From NCBI GenBank assembly GCA_030390025.1, contig CM059438.1:70372001-70436000 (forward strand): a stretch of DNA of 64,000 nt, given 5' to 3'. The position numbers and the translations under genes are program-made. The notes beneath the pieces were generated by a model that worked only from the letters and a program-made list of their open reading frames with translations, made no database searches and was not told the DNA's origin. Position 1 is the first letter of the stretch; each line of letters opens with the position of its first letter. The stretch comes from Squalus acanthias. Its lineage: Eukaryota. This document shows, piece after piece, positions 38,723 to 51,983 of this stretch.

Positions 38723-40196
38723 GATATTTCTTGCCCATCCGTCTGGGCTAGATTTGAAACCAGTGATAAATCATTGCCGGCTGATTTATGTTATGATTAG
38801 CTGACGTTCTAAATCTTGGAACATCACAATCCCTTCAAGTAATTCTGTATGGAGTCACTCCAAGCATCTGCAGAGGCATGAGGTTGCACATTTCATAGCT
38901 CTGCAATGTACGTGTTAATTCTTGACTTATTTTCTGAGTTTAAGAAACTAGCATCAAAGCTTATAATTGGACTTGTGAACACTTTGGTTTTATCTATATG
39001 CATTCAGAGCCTTGCATGTAAAGCTTATATTGTTTTATTGTATCTGTATTTGTTTTAATATATTAAGAAGCTGTTTTGAAAAAGCTACTTCTTTAATTTT
39101 TTGTGCCTCATTAGCCTCCATTCATTAATCAACTATGTGACATATCCTACTGAACAAGAGGGCAGGCAGGCAGGCAAGCTGCTGTCAAAGCCTGTGAATG
39201 ACAGTGTGCAAGAGTGCCCCAGAGTGAGCCTTTCTCCTTATTGGGCAGCAATCAACCTCCGCCAATTGTTATCATGTCCATGATGAGGCAGCTCACCATT
39301 TGAGAGCTTGCTGGTGTATACCCATCTCTGATCATTGCACAATCAGAGGACTGGAGCACCAGCAAACTATGCCCCTGGGCTGCCAATGCCAATCCTAATC
39401 TTTAATTCTTAAGTTTATTTTTTGTTAGGTACCACACTGGAAGCAATTCTTATCGATTTACAACTATATACTCTTAACAATCTTGTAAAGGGCATGCACT
39501 TCATGTCTACAAATCTTACTTCCTGTTGTCATTGCTTTTGTGTCAATATAAACCATTGTAAATTACCATGTCAACATTTCCCATTCAATTTTACGTCAAT
39601 TGTCATGTTGTAGTTTCAGATGATGACCACTTGGTGGTGCTGTGCAAGCTTCTGAAGGCTCTCTCCTAATTCTGTCATAATTTGGAATATAAAAGAATAC
39701 TTATATTTCTCAACAGACCTTGAGCAAGTTACTAATTTAATATAGAGACTCATTGAATTTCAACGTGACGTTGGGTAGTTACGTCTGCAGGATTGTCATG
39801 ACACTTATTTGGAGTACTGGTACCGAGACACTAAGCACTCAACCCAATATGTTTTAATGCTGTGCTAATACACTTATAAATAATTTTAATTCAGCACCTC
39901 ACATTACTATAGACAGATCTGTACCCATCAGTGTTTCATACTGCAAGATTGGAAGTGTAAAAGCTGTGATTGGACTGCTGGCTGTTTCTCACAGTTGAAA
40001 TGAATAGGGCGTGCAAGTTTTGCTTGTCGATCATAATGCTGTATTAGTGAAGAATTAGTGAAGAAAAGCACCTGTAGTGCAGCTGCCTGAAATTTTTACA
40101 TGGCCAGCATTATGTTTTATTGAATTCCTTATTTTACACGACATATCATTTTACTACTGTCCATTTGCATTAGTTTTTCTGTTTTCTTACTTTCAG

Positions 40197-40462
40197 AAAC
40201 AACTGAATTGGGAAACAAGAAGGAACTCAAATCGATACCGTTTATTTCATACCTGTCAAGTTTATTGGGTGCCCAGATGCTGTCAGATGAGCAACCGATT
40301 ACTGGTGTGGAGATTGAGTGCGAGGAGAAAGGGCAATGCCCCTCCACATGCCATCTTTGCCATCGGCAAGGCAAGGATCAGGCGAGTCCAACTCCTGTGC
40401 TGCTGGAGATCACCCGTATAGTACCACTCTACCACTTAATAGAGGGCAACATGACTAGAGAG
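40197..40462 (+). CDS. ASTN2: Internal coding exon of astrotactin-2 (end of MACPF region plus Cys-rich segment)
   Basis: Polypyrimidine acceptor tttttctgttttcttactttcAG and donor GAG|gtaagt. Translation (E)TTELGNKKELKSIPFISYLSSLLGAQMLSDEQPITGVEIECEEKGQCPSTCHLCHRQGKDQASPTPVLLEITRIVPLYHLIEGNMTRE closely resembles vertebrate ASTN2 as I recall it (ETTELGSKKELKSMPFITYLSGLLTAQMLSDDQLISGVEIRCEEKGRCPSTCHLC), not ASTN1. Length 266 bp, phase 1 start, phase 0 end. Confidence 0.93.
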
Positions 40463-41446
40463 GTAAGTGCAATACACAGTACTGACCTCTATCCCCACCT
40501 GCACAGGAATTGAAGACCCAAATGACAAAGCAGTTATATTAGAACGTGCTGAACAAGCAAAAAAAAAGCAGTGTAAATTTGTTGAAGTGAAATCAACAGT
40601 TTACAATTCAAATGTGTACCAGAGATAGATGATGAAAGATGACTATGTTTTCAGGACTATGAAAGAATTCTGAACTCAACATCAATTAGTTTGATAAATA
40701 TATAGAGTGCATGGTAAAAGGTGACCTGTTTCAGCAAAGAGTGCTGTCAAGGTGCAATTCAGACAGCATTATCAAGACAATACCAGGGGATTGGCAGCAA
40801 CTCATTAAAAAAAGACGATTTTGAGTTCATCAAGGTAAGGTGATGTCAGTGAAGGGACTGGGAAATATTTGCGCTTTTTGTCAGCGTCAAGGACTCCCAG
40901 CTGAGGCAGAGCATAAGTTTGAAAACCTCCTTTTGCTCTCAAACAATGTGCTGTCGTCTGAACTGCTGAAGAGAATGACATCAAAGTAACATTTCACACA
41001 GCAGCCACCTTTGTGGCTTCTCAGTTTAAAGCTGCCAACTTCCAAGTTATGGGAAGTTTTTGCAATGTGTCGTCGTGCTAACTCAGTACTGAGTTCAGAC
41101 TGGTCCAATGCTTTTCACTTACCGTCATAGCTATCAGAGAGAGAAGAAAGACTTTTAGTGAATCAGACTGGGCTGGCTTTGTGACCAAGGTCCAGATTTC
41201 AAAGGATAATGTTCTGGGCCGTCCCTCAACTGCAAAGAAGAAACAAAACCCTTTCTTCAGTAACTGAAACTTAATTGATATTGTTTGTTGTCAAGCGATT
41301 GGTAAAATGGTTGGTAAAACATTTTTCAAGGGCAAGGATGAGTTTTTAAATAGAAATACATTTTTTTTGAGTTGTACAAAGGAAACTTTTACATAGCTTG
41401 GAAAATCTCCTTTAAATAAGTTACAACTCAACAATTTAAAGACCAT

Positions 41447-42144
41447 GGGGGCAAAATTGGGTCATGCCCCCTTTGGGGCGCTAACTTCGCCGGTTTTAGT
41501 GCCCCGAAAAAGTTAGCCCGAAATTCACTGGTGGCACCCAAAGAGGGAGGCGGGGCGCTACTGGAAGCGCCCCCCCCTCCCTCTTGGGGTGCTGCGTGTG
41601 AATATCGCGGCACTATGTGCCGCAGCGCCGCAGTACTGCAGGCCTTCCCCTTATTAAAGGGGAGGGGCCTAACGCAGTGCGACCCGGGGCCCAGCTGGGC
41701 CACCAGGGATCGGAGTGCCGGCAAAAGAGCCTGGCACTCAAGAGGAGTGCCGGGCTCACAGAGCGCAGCCGGCACCCCGCGGGGGGGCTTCACAGGAGGC
41801 CAGGAACAGCAACGGGGTCAGGTGCTGGCAGGCAGCCAGCAACAAAAATGGCCGCCCGGCACCTCCTATTTAATTTGCGCTGCCCCGGCCATACATACGC
41901 CCCCCTGACCCTGTCGGACATAGCGTCCGGCGGTAAGTCGGGGCGCTACCGAAGATCGCAAGCGGGGCGCTGCGCACGGCGATGACGTCATCGGCGGAGG
42001 TGCGGCGCCGCGGGGCGCTAACGGTTACCGCCGCCGCTAACCTCCCGCTGAATTTCGCAGGAGGCATTAGCGACGCCGCGCCCGGGCGTTAGTTGCTTTA
42101 GAGGGCGCTAACGGGAGGCGCAAATCAACCCAATTTTTCCCCCC
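41447..42144. mobile_element. GC-rich Harbinger MITE
   Basis: TIR gggggcaaaattgggt / acccaatttttcccccc; subterminal gggcgctaacgggaggcgca. Confidence 0.85.
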
Positions 42145-43519
42145 TACTGTCTTCAGGCAAAAAATTGACTTATTTGTTGTTGAGCGAGGTCGAAGTGGCA
42201 GAAGATCTATGTGAAGTGAAGGGTGATACATTTTCATGTTTTACGTCATCACATCATATGTTTATTAACAAATGTAAAAGGTTTAACTTGTTCATAAAGT
42301 CAATGCCCTTTTAACTTGCGCATGTCTATTTTTTGGTGGGCAGTACGTTGCGCAAATAAAGCATAAATGAAAATGAATACCAGGAACGTTTTACAGGGCA
42401 GCATAATCAGAGAGATTTAAATGGAAATGCAACTTAAGCACTGGATTTTGTGGGATATCGCTGCTTACCTCAGCCAGTGTAACCATCTGTTATGTTGTTG
42501 CTCCTTGATTATACCATCAAATAAAAATCGTACACCATGGTTGTGAATCATAAATGCTCCATTTCTAAAATGATCCAAGAGCATAACATAACCAAATTAC
42601 TTTATATGTATATCTTTTCCAAAGTATAATTGTAACCACAAGTGGTTCAAATTGCTAATTATTGCTCTGGTGCTGCTTTCTCCCCCTCCCTCAATATGTT
42701 GAGATATTCTATGAATGTGACTGCAGTAGGCCCTGTTTCAGTGAAGTCAGACTTAAGTCAATACAAAGCTTTATTTTGCTTCAGTTTTCTTCCACCTGAA
42801 ATCTTTCGCCTGCTTGGGTGAATCGCCCAAGTGACCACTCTTCACCTAGGTAGTGAATGTTGGTCTAATATTCAACTGTGGAGGGGACTGTGAGTGAGCT
42901 CAATTCTTTCTTCACTTGACATCCACACACTTCCAGCAAGGGGCAATAGAGAGCAATGAGGAGTAAGAACCTTGGCTGATGCTTCCCCCACCGCCCGCCG
43001 CTTCTGCTGTCCTGCTGAAGTCAACGCAGACCAGGGATTAAAGCCGATTCTTGCCTGATCTGTATGGCTCAGCGCTGCATCATACCGTGCATTCACCAGT
43101 TGAGACTTTGGGAAAGCTCCAGGAAGACAAAGTTAGCAGAATACGTTACTGATCATGGGGAGTCCCATTCGTTGTCTATTATTTTGTTACTAAGATTTCA
43201 CGCCACTCGTAGCCAATAAACGTAAATGGAGTAGAAGCGTCTGATTTTAGGTTGTTGCTGTCTTTGCCATCACGGATCCAGTTTTGGTTTCTCAACTACG
43301 CATTATTTTTTCTGCGTAGTTATATCGATTTAGTTTAACGTGCCAGGTATCCAACCTCCTTCTCCACCTCATTCTTTCCCAGCAGCTCAGAATGGTGGAA
43401 CTCCTTATTTCTCCTCAGCCTTCTTTTCCTATTGCAATCTCGAGGCCTTACAAATCCAAGACCAATTTCACCCATCCGTTGTATCTTGATTTACAATGAC
43501 CTGTAAAAAATCTATGCAT

Positions 43520-44170
43520 TTACCTGGTGATCCGGGGAATACGGAGACTGGCGATCCTGGGCCTCTCCGGGTCCGCGCGGGTAGAGGCCCACGTATCCCC
43601 GGGGCGCAGGCGGTTCGCAAGCGCCCCTGGGATCACGTGGCCGGCCCAACCAATAAAAGAAGGGAATCCCCATTCATGCTTATGGGAGTTGTGTAGATAC
43701 GGAATTCCCATAAGTATGAATGGGGATTACTTAAAAAATACACAAGCACATGAAATATATTTTTTTTTAATTACCTATTTCAAATTAATTGAAATGCCAT
43801 TTAATTAAATATTTTAAATGAAAATTTAATTTTTTGAAATAAAATTATGTGTTTTAACAGGGCTAAAAATAAACTTACCTTATTGGACAGGGTTTTTAAT
43901 GTATCAATGAGTGATAACATTTTATTTTTCTATTTTTTAAAACTATTATGCTGGTAAAAGCAGGCCTTACGCTTTTACCAGGCGTAAGAATTTCACAGGC
44001 ATTCAGTGGGCGAAAGTTGGGCAAATAGCGCAACTCTCCACCCGCAGCGGCCCTTCTCCCGGGATGCGGAGGATCTGTCAAGAGGATTCTTGACAGATTG
44101 CAAGTTCCGGGTTTTACCGCATGCTCTTCACATTTTGTACGCACCTGTAGGGGTCGCAAAATACGGCCCC
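43520..44170. mobile_element. MITE related to 9212-9973
   Basis: Shared blocks cccctgggatcacgtgg and gggctaaaaataaacttacct. Confidence 0.7.
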
Positions 44171-44304
44171 TTGTCTTATTGACCTTGGTGAAATCCGGCA
44201 CTTTCTGAACTTGCAGAGCTTGCTTCGATACGAATACATATAATAACATAAGTGTGATCTACCCTGGCAAGGGACGATTTTTTTTATTGTTGTTCCTGCA
44301 ACTT

Positions 44305-44605
44305 ACAACAACAACAGCTTGCATCTATATAGCGCCTTTAACACTGTAAAACATCCCAAGGTGGTTCACAGGAGCGTAATCAGGCAAAAATTGACACCGA
44401 GCCAAAGAAGAAGACATTAGGACAGGTAGAGGCAGGTTTTAAGGAGTATCTTAAAGGAGGAGGTTTAGGGATGGAATTCCAGAGCTAAGGGCCGAGGCAC
44501 CTGAAGGCATGGTCGCTAATGGTGGCGCGAAGGAAGTGGGGGCTTCACAAGAGGCCAGAATTGGAGTTTTTAGAGTGTTTTAGGACTGCAGGAGGTTACA
44601 AAGAT
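44305..44605 (-). mobile_element. L2 LINE 3' end (another at about 60030-60250)
   Basis: (caa)n gcttgcatctatatagcgcc; reverse complement of the L2 end at 51280-51575. Confidence 0.75.
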
Positions 44606-45855
44606 AATAATCTGGGCGAACTGGGGACATTCTTGTTCAACAAGTTGAAACCTAGATTTTGCAAAAGTTACCAATGGATTTGTCCCTGTCTCTTTTACAC
44701 AACAAGCATTTCTTAGCTTTCAAAGGTGTTACCGTTAACATAAAAAAATAAGATTCTGTTTTTGCAAAAGGAATTAAATTAATATTATTGGACCATGCAG
44801 CCCTATTCACACAAGTTCTTTTGAAAATGAATGTGATTATGGTAACTTGATTGTGTAATAGTTTACTATTTTCCTTTTATTTTCTTATTGAGAAACATTG
44901 GTGACAAGCCAAGGCTCACAGTGCAGAACACAACAAAAGTTGAAACAAGGGAAAAAAATTAAGAGAGAAGATAAGATAAATCAAGAACTGATGTTTAGGT
45001 GTCTCCAAATTTGGATTTAAATCGCCTGTAGGTTACAAGAGAAAGGGAAGACAGAGAAACGTAAGCAATTCCATTGTCTTGAGGTGCTGGTATAGAATGA
45101 GTTAAAATAGGAATTGGTGTGATGATCCTTGACTCAACCTAATTGAGTTTTATTTGTCTAATTTGTGGATGTTTTGCAGCATGCTGACAGTGAGTAGATT
45201 ATTCACAAATTGTGTCTCAAATTCTGCAGCATTGCAAATTAAATTGAAGAATAATTCAACCAAGCTCTTGAAAATAAGTCTCAACTTGCACACTGATGAC
45301 CAATGACTATTTCTGTCAACATTTTGGCTGCAATAATTTGACACATTCCCAAAATCCATAAATAATTCCGATGTCGCTTTTTTTGTCCCCGGGATTACTT
45401 GACATGTTGAACTAAGTTGATTTAATTAGATAGAAAGATGATGAAAAATAACATGAATGGAGGCCCATGTAAATGGTTATTTACCCTCTCGGGTACTCTG
45501 CCCTCCCAAATCCCTACCCCAAACCTTCAGCACTCCTCAACCTTCCTACTCGCCTGCCGCCGTCCCAGGCTTGACTCTCTCTTAGATAAAACTACAGCTT
45601 CCCTCTGCGCCTCTCTTGGCATCCTCCGAAGGGCACATCGAGGCACTCGTCGCTGCCTCCTTACGAGCAGTAACCCCAACTGCCCCATCCTACTCTCTTA
45701 CCAACCTTACCCGCCCAACGCACACGCTGGGGGCCAATCTTGCCAATCTCCTTCCCGTCCCACTCACCCCTCCCAGCACTGACCCCGTGGACTCTGCCAG
45801 CGGAACGGCTATCACCGCCCCTCTCCACAACTCCCTCAAAATGTCCATTCACTTG

Positions 45856-48455
45856 GGACCCCATGAAGTCTCATGGCTTCAGGTTAAGCATAGGCAAGGA
45901 AACCTCCTGCTGATTACCCCTACCGCCCTCTCTCAGCTGATAAATCAGTACTCCGCCATGAACACCACTTGGAAGAAGCACTGAGAGTAGCAAGGGCACT
46001 TCAATGTCCATCACCAAGAGTGGCTTGGTAGCATCACTACTGACCAAGCTGGCCGAGCCCTGAAGGACATAGCTGCCAGTCTGGGCCTGCGACAGGTGGT
46101 GAGAGAACCAACACGAGGGAAAAACCTACTTGACCTCATCCTTACCAATCTACCTGTCGCAGATGCATCTGTCCATGACAGTATTGGTAGCAGTGACCAC
46201 TGAACAATCATTGTGGAGACGAAGTCCCATCTTCATACTGAGGACACCCTCCATCGTGTTGTGTGGCACTACTACCGTGCTAAATGGGAGAAATGCAGAA
46301 CAGATCTAGCAGCTCAAAACTGGGCATCCATGAGGTGCTGTGGGCCATCAGCAGCAGCAGAATTGTATTCCACCACAATCTGTAACCTCATGGCCCGGCA
46401 TATCCCTCACTCTACCATTACCATCAAGCCAGGGGACCAACCCTGATTCAACAAGGAGTGTAGAAGATCATGCTGGGAGTAGCACCAGGCATACCTAAAC
46501 ATGAGGTGCCAACCTGGGGAAGCTGCAACACAGGACTACATGTATGCTAAAAAGCAGAAGCAGCATGCTATAGACAGGGCTAAGCGATCCCACAATCAAC
46601 GGATCAGATCAAAGCTCTGCAGTCCTGCTACATCCAGTCGTGAATGGTGGTGGACCATTAAATAACTAACGGGAGGAGGAGGCTCCATGAATATCCCCAT
46701 CCTCAATGATGGTGGAGCCCAGCACGTGAGTGCAAAAGACAAGGCTGAAGCATTTGCAACCATCTTCAGCCAGAAGTGCCGAGTGGATGATTCATATCGG
46801 CCTCCTCTTGAGGTCCCCACCATCACAGAAGCCTGTCTTCAGCCAATTCGATTCACGCCACGTGATATCAAGAAATGGCTGAGCGCACTGGATACGGCAA
46901 AGGCTATGGGCCCTGACAACATCCCGGCTATCGTGCTGAAGACTTGTGCACCAGAACTAGCCGCGCTTCTAGCCAAGCTGTTCCAGTACAGCTGCAACAC
47001 TGGCATCTATCCGACAATGTGGAAAACTGCCCAGGTATGTCCTGGCCACAAAAAGCAGGACAAATCCAATCCGGCCAATTACCACCCCATCAGTCTACTC
47101 TCAATCATCAGCAAAGTGATGGAAGGTGTCATCGAAAGTGCTATCAAGCGGCACTTACTCACCAATAACCTGCTCACTGATGCCCAGTTTGGGTTCCGCC
47201 AAGACCACTCAGCTCCTGATCTCATTACAGCCTTGGTCCAAACAAGGACAAAGGAGCTGAATTCCAGTGGAGAAGTGAGAGTGACTGCCCTTGACATCAA
47301 AGCAGCACTTGACCAAGTGTGGCATCAAGGAGACCAAGTAAAACTGAAGTCAATGGGAATCGGGAGGAAAACTCTCCACTGGCTGGAGTCATACCGAGCA
47401 CAAAGGAAGATGGTTGTGGTGATTGAAGGTCAATCATCACAGCACCAGGACATCGCTACAGGAGTTCCTCAGGGCAGTGTCCTCGGCCCAACTATCTTCA
47501 GCTGCTTCATCAATGACCTTCCCGCCAACATAAGGTCAGAAATGGGGATGTTCGCTGATGACTGCACAGTGTTCAGTGCCATTCACAACTCCTCAGATAA
47601 TGAGGCAGTCCATGCCCGCATGCAACAAGACCTGGACGATGTTCAGGCTTGGGCTGATAAGTGGCAGGTAACATTCACGCCACAGAAGTGCCAGGCAATG
47701 ACTATCTCCAACAAGCGAGAGTCTAACCACCGCACCTTTACATTCAATGGCATTACCATCGCCGAATCCCCCATCATCAACATCCTGGGGGGGTCATCAT
47801 TGACCAGAAACTTAACTGGACTAGCCACATAAATACTGTGGCAACAAGAGCAGGTCAGAGGCTAGGTATTCTGCGGCGAGTGTCTCACCTCCTGACTCCC
47901 TAAAGCCTTTCTACCATCTACAAGGCACAAGTAAGGATTGTGATGGAATACTCTCCACTTGCCTGGATGAGTGCAGCTCCAACAACACTCAAGAAGTTCG
48001 ACACCATCTAGGACAAAGCAGCCCGCTTGATTGGCACCCCATCTACCACCTTAAACATTCACTCCTTCCATCACCGGTGTATCGTAGCTGCAGTGTGTAC
48101 CATCTACAAGATGCACTGCAGCAACTCGCCAAGGCTTCTTCGGCAGCACCTCCCAAACCCGCGACCTCTTCCACCTAGAAGGACAAGGGCAGCAGACGCA
48201 TGGGAACACCACCACCTCCAAGTTCCCCTCCAAGTCACACACCATCCTGTCTTAGAAGTATATCGCCGATTCTTCATCGTTGCTGGGTCAAAATCCTAGA
48301 ACTCCCTACCAAACAGCACTGTGGGAGTACCTTCACCACACGGACTGCAGCGGTTCAAGAAGGTGGCTCACTGCCACCTTCTCAAGGGCAATTAGGGATG
48401 GGCAATAAATACTGGCCTTGCCAGCGACGCCCACATCCCATAAATGAATAAATAA
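45856..48455 (+). mobile_element. CR1-group LINE, 5'-truncated, with RT ORF 46687-47832
   Basis: KAMGPDNIP, NYHPISLLSIISKVME, QFGFR, GVPQGSVLGP, FADD; several stops; tail cccataaatgaataaataaa. Confidence 0.93.
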
Positions 48456-50058
48456 AACAAGGCCCTTGCCACCCATGAGCTTATTGTGGATGATTGCATC
48501 GACATCATGGCCTTGACAGAAACCTGACTGAGGGGTGATGACACCTTCCAGCATAATGAAGCTTCCCTCCCTGGCTATACCTTCCACCACTTGCCCCACC
48601 GAGACCTCCGCGGTGGCGGTGTGGCTCTTATCACCAAATAACAACTTGGTCTGTTCCCCCTTCACTTCTGGCACTTTCTCCTCCTTTGAGCATCTCACCT
48701 TGTTCCTCCCCTCTCACCCCTCATTTAAAATCTTCGCTTTCTACAGCCCACCCAAGTACCAAGCCAGGTTTCTCACCGAGATATCTTCACTGCTTTCCTG
48801 TCTCAGCCTCTGCACTGAGCGACTTCTCATCCTCGGTGATTTCAACCTCCATCTCCACTCTTCATACTCTCTTTCCTCTGAGTCCACTGCCCTCCTATCC
48901 TCCCTTACTCTCTTCCTCCATATAAACTCCGCTACCCATATTCACAGCCACCCCTTGACCTCGCCATCACATGTGGCCTTGCTACTCCCATTGTGCCATC
49001 TCTGATCATTTCCATCTATCCCTTTCCACCCTGATCTCCCTTCCCCCTCCCAACCCCATTTCTTCTGTGTCCGCCCCTGGAAAAAAACTCTTTTCCAAGT
49101 CACTTACAACTGCACTTTCAAATCCCCAACTGTCTAGCCTTTGGCCCTCCATTCATCATGATATTCCTGCAGCTACCGATCTGCTCAATCACATCCTCAC
49201 CTTTACCTTTGATGCCCTTGTCCCCATTAAAACCATTACTCTTTCTCACCCTGGTCATTTCCCTGGTATGGCCCTCATCTCCACTCTCTTAAGTCCAAGA
49301 GACGCCGATTTGCATGTCTATGGCGGACAACTGATTTAACCATTCATCGCCTGATCTGGCTGAACCACATAAAGCATTATTGGGTCCTGGTCACCTCTGC
49401 CAAAACAGCTCACTATTCCAGGATCATCCTCGAATCCAAAGATAACCCACGGCTTCTCTTCTTCACTACAAACAATCTTCTTAAACACCTCTCCCCTGCC
49501 TCCTCCACCCTCATCTCCACAACAGGTGCGAGGAGCAAATGGACATCTTTGTCACAAAGATTGAGATCATCCATTCAGCTGCCTCTGCCGCTTCCCTCCC
49601 TTCCCCTAGCCCACATCTTTCTCGAGTTTCTCACCTATCTTCCCTCATGCCCTCTTCGAGCTCATCTTGTCCATGAAATCCACCTCCTGCTCCCTCGACC
49701 CTATTCCCACCAAACTGCTGACCACCCAACTTCCCTTCCGGGCCCCCATGTTATCTGATATTGTTAACAGTTTCCTCTCCTCAGGTACTGTCCCCGTCCC
49801 CTTCAAATCTGCCATCATCACCACTCTCCTCAAAAAAACACCATTGACCCCTCTGTCCTGTCGCCCCATCTCCACCTCCCTTTCCTCTCCAAAGTCCTTG
49901 GATGGGTTGTCACCTCCCAAATCCGTGCCCATCTTTTCTGCAACTCCATGTTTGAATCCCTTCATTCAGGTTTGCGTCCCTGCCACAGTACTGAAACTGC
50001 TCTTATCAAAGTCACAACTGACATCCTATGTGTCTGTGACAGTGATAGACTATCCCTC

Positions 50059-50375
50059 ACAGAATCACAGAATCCCCACAGTGCAGATAGAGGCCATTTC
50101 GGCCCATCGAGCCTGCACCGACACATATCCCACCCTATCCCCGTAACCCCACGTATTTAATCCCCCTCACACTAAGGGTCAATTTATCATAGCCAAATCA
50201 ACCTAACCCGCACATCTTTGGACTGTGGGAGGAAACCGGAGCACCCGGAGGAAACCCACGCAGACACGGGGAGAATGTGCAAACTCCACACAGACAGTCA
50301 TCCGAGGCCGGATTCGAACCCGGGTCCCTGGCGCTGTGAGGCAACAGTGCTAACCACTATGCCACCGTGTTGCCC
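50059..50375 (-). mobile_element. HE1-type V-SINE, full length
   Basis: Minus strand: tRNA-like head (gtggcatagtgg, ggttcgaatcc), V-domain ctgtgtggagtttgcacattctccccgtgtctgcgtgggtttcctccgggtgctccggtttcctcccaca, and CR1-like tail gggccgaaatggcct...gattctgtgattctgt. Confidence 0.9.
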
Positions 50376-51983
50376 TGTTGCCTCCTCATCCTTCTGAACC
50401 TGTCTGCAGCTTTTGGCATGGTTGACCACACCATCCTCCTCCAACGCCTTTCCTGCATCGTCCAGCTGAGTGAGACTGCATTCGCCTGGTTCCATTCTTA
50501 TGTATCCAGTCATAGCCAGAGAATCACCTACAATGGCTTCTCTTCCCGCTCCCACACCATTACCTCTGGAGTCCCCCAAGGATCTATCCTTTGGCCCCCT
50601 CCTCTTTCTCATCTACATGCTGCCCCTCAGCGACATCATCCGTTAGCACAACGTCAGGTTCCACATGTACGCTGAGACACCTAGCTCTACCTTACCACCA
50701 CATCCCTTGACCCCTCCACTGTCTCTGATTTGTCACACTGCTTGTCCGACATCCAGTACTGGATGAACAGAAATTTCCTCCTGCTAAATATTGGGAAGAC
50801 CGAAGCTATTCTCTTTGGTCCCCACCACAAACTCCATTCCCTAGCCACCGGCTACATCCCTCTCCTTGGCAACTGTCTGAGGCTGAAACAGACTGTTCGC
50901 AACCTTGGTGTCGTATTTGACACCAAGGTGAGCTTCCAACCACACATCCGCTTCATCACCAAGACCGCCTACTTTCACTTCTGTAACATCGCCCGACTCT
51001 GCCCCTAGCTCAGCTCATATGCTGCTGAAACCCTCATCCATGCCTTTGTTACCTCTAGACTTGACTATTGCAATACTCTCCTGGCCGGCCTCCCATCTTC
51101 CACCCTCCACAAACTTGAGCTCATCCAAAACTCTGCTGCTCATATCCTAACTCGCACCCATTACCCCTGAGCTCGCTGACCTACGTTGGCAATGCCTTGA
51201 TTTAAAAATTCTCATCCTTGTTTGCAAATCCCTCCATAGCCTCGCCCCCTCCCTATCTCTGTAATCTCCTCCAGCCCTACAAGCCTTCAAGATCTCTGCG
51301 CTCCTCCAATTCTGGCCTCCTGTGGATCCCCGATTTAATCGCTCCGCCATTGGCGGCCGTGCTTTCAGCTGCCTCGGCCCTCAGCTCTGGAATTCCCTCC
51401 CCAAACCTTTCTGTCTCACTACGTCTCCCTCCTCCTTTAACACGCTCCTTTAAACCTACGTCTTTGTCCAAGATTTTGGTCATCTGTCTAATATCTCCTT
51501 ATGTAGCTCGATGTCAAATTTTGTTTGATAACGTTCCTGTAAAAAGCGCTATATAAATGCATGTTGTTGTTGTTGTAGTGAATTTATGCTATAACAGGAA
51601 TTATTTAATCTGCTTTGACTAGTTAAGTGACTTTGATATATTTGTGTTAATCTATGTTTTGTTCATCATAATGGAGTGGGAGGCTAATTCATTTTTTTCT
51701 TGATTCTGCTATGAGAGCGAGGCCATTTTGGAGTGAAATTAGTCAGCACTTTTTCACAAACTGAGTAGTAGAAATCTTGAACTTTCTCTCCCAAATGATT
51801 GTGGATGCTGGGTGAATTGAAATTTTTAGGATTGAGATTGATAGATTTTTGTTAGGTAAGGGTATCAAAGGATATGGAGCAAAGACAGGTAAATAAAGTT
51901 GAGGTACAGATCGGCCATGATTTAACTGAATGGCAAAATAGGCTTGAAGTACTGAAGGGCTTACTCCTGTTCCTAAATTCCAT

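Larger units (their letters stand above)
45470..51575 (+). mobile_element. Near-complete decayed L2 LINE ORF2, interrupted by a LINE and a SINE
   Basis: APE endonuclease start NVxSL|NKALATHELIVDDCIDIMALTET; ILGDFN, SCSLDPIPTKLL, HSTETALIKV, GVPQGSIL, LNIGKTE, HAFVTSRLDYCN; tail gcgctatataaatgcatg(ttg)n. Confidence 0.9.

Noticed and set aside
46687..47832. 381-aa ORF as a functional gene
   Set aside because: It is the RT portion of a truncated LINE with stops upstream and a frameshift downstream.
50300..50375. tRNA gene
   Set aside because: It is the tRNA-derived head of a V-SINE, continuing into the V-domain and LINE-like tail.
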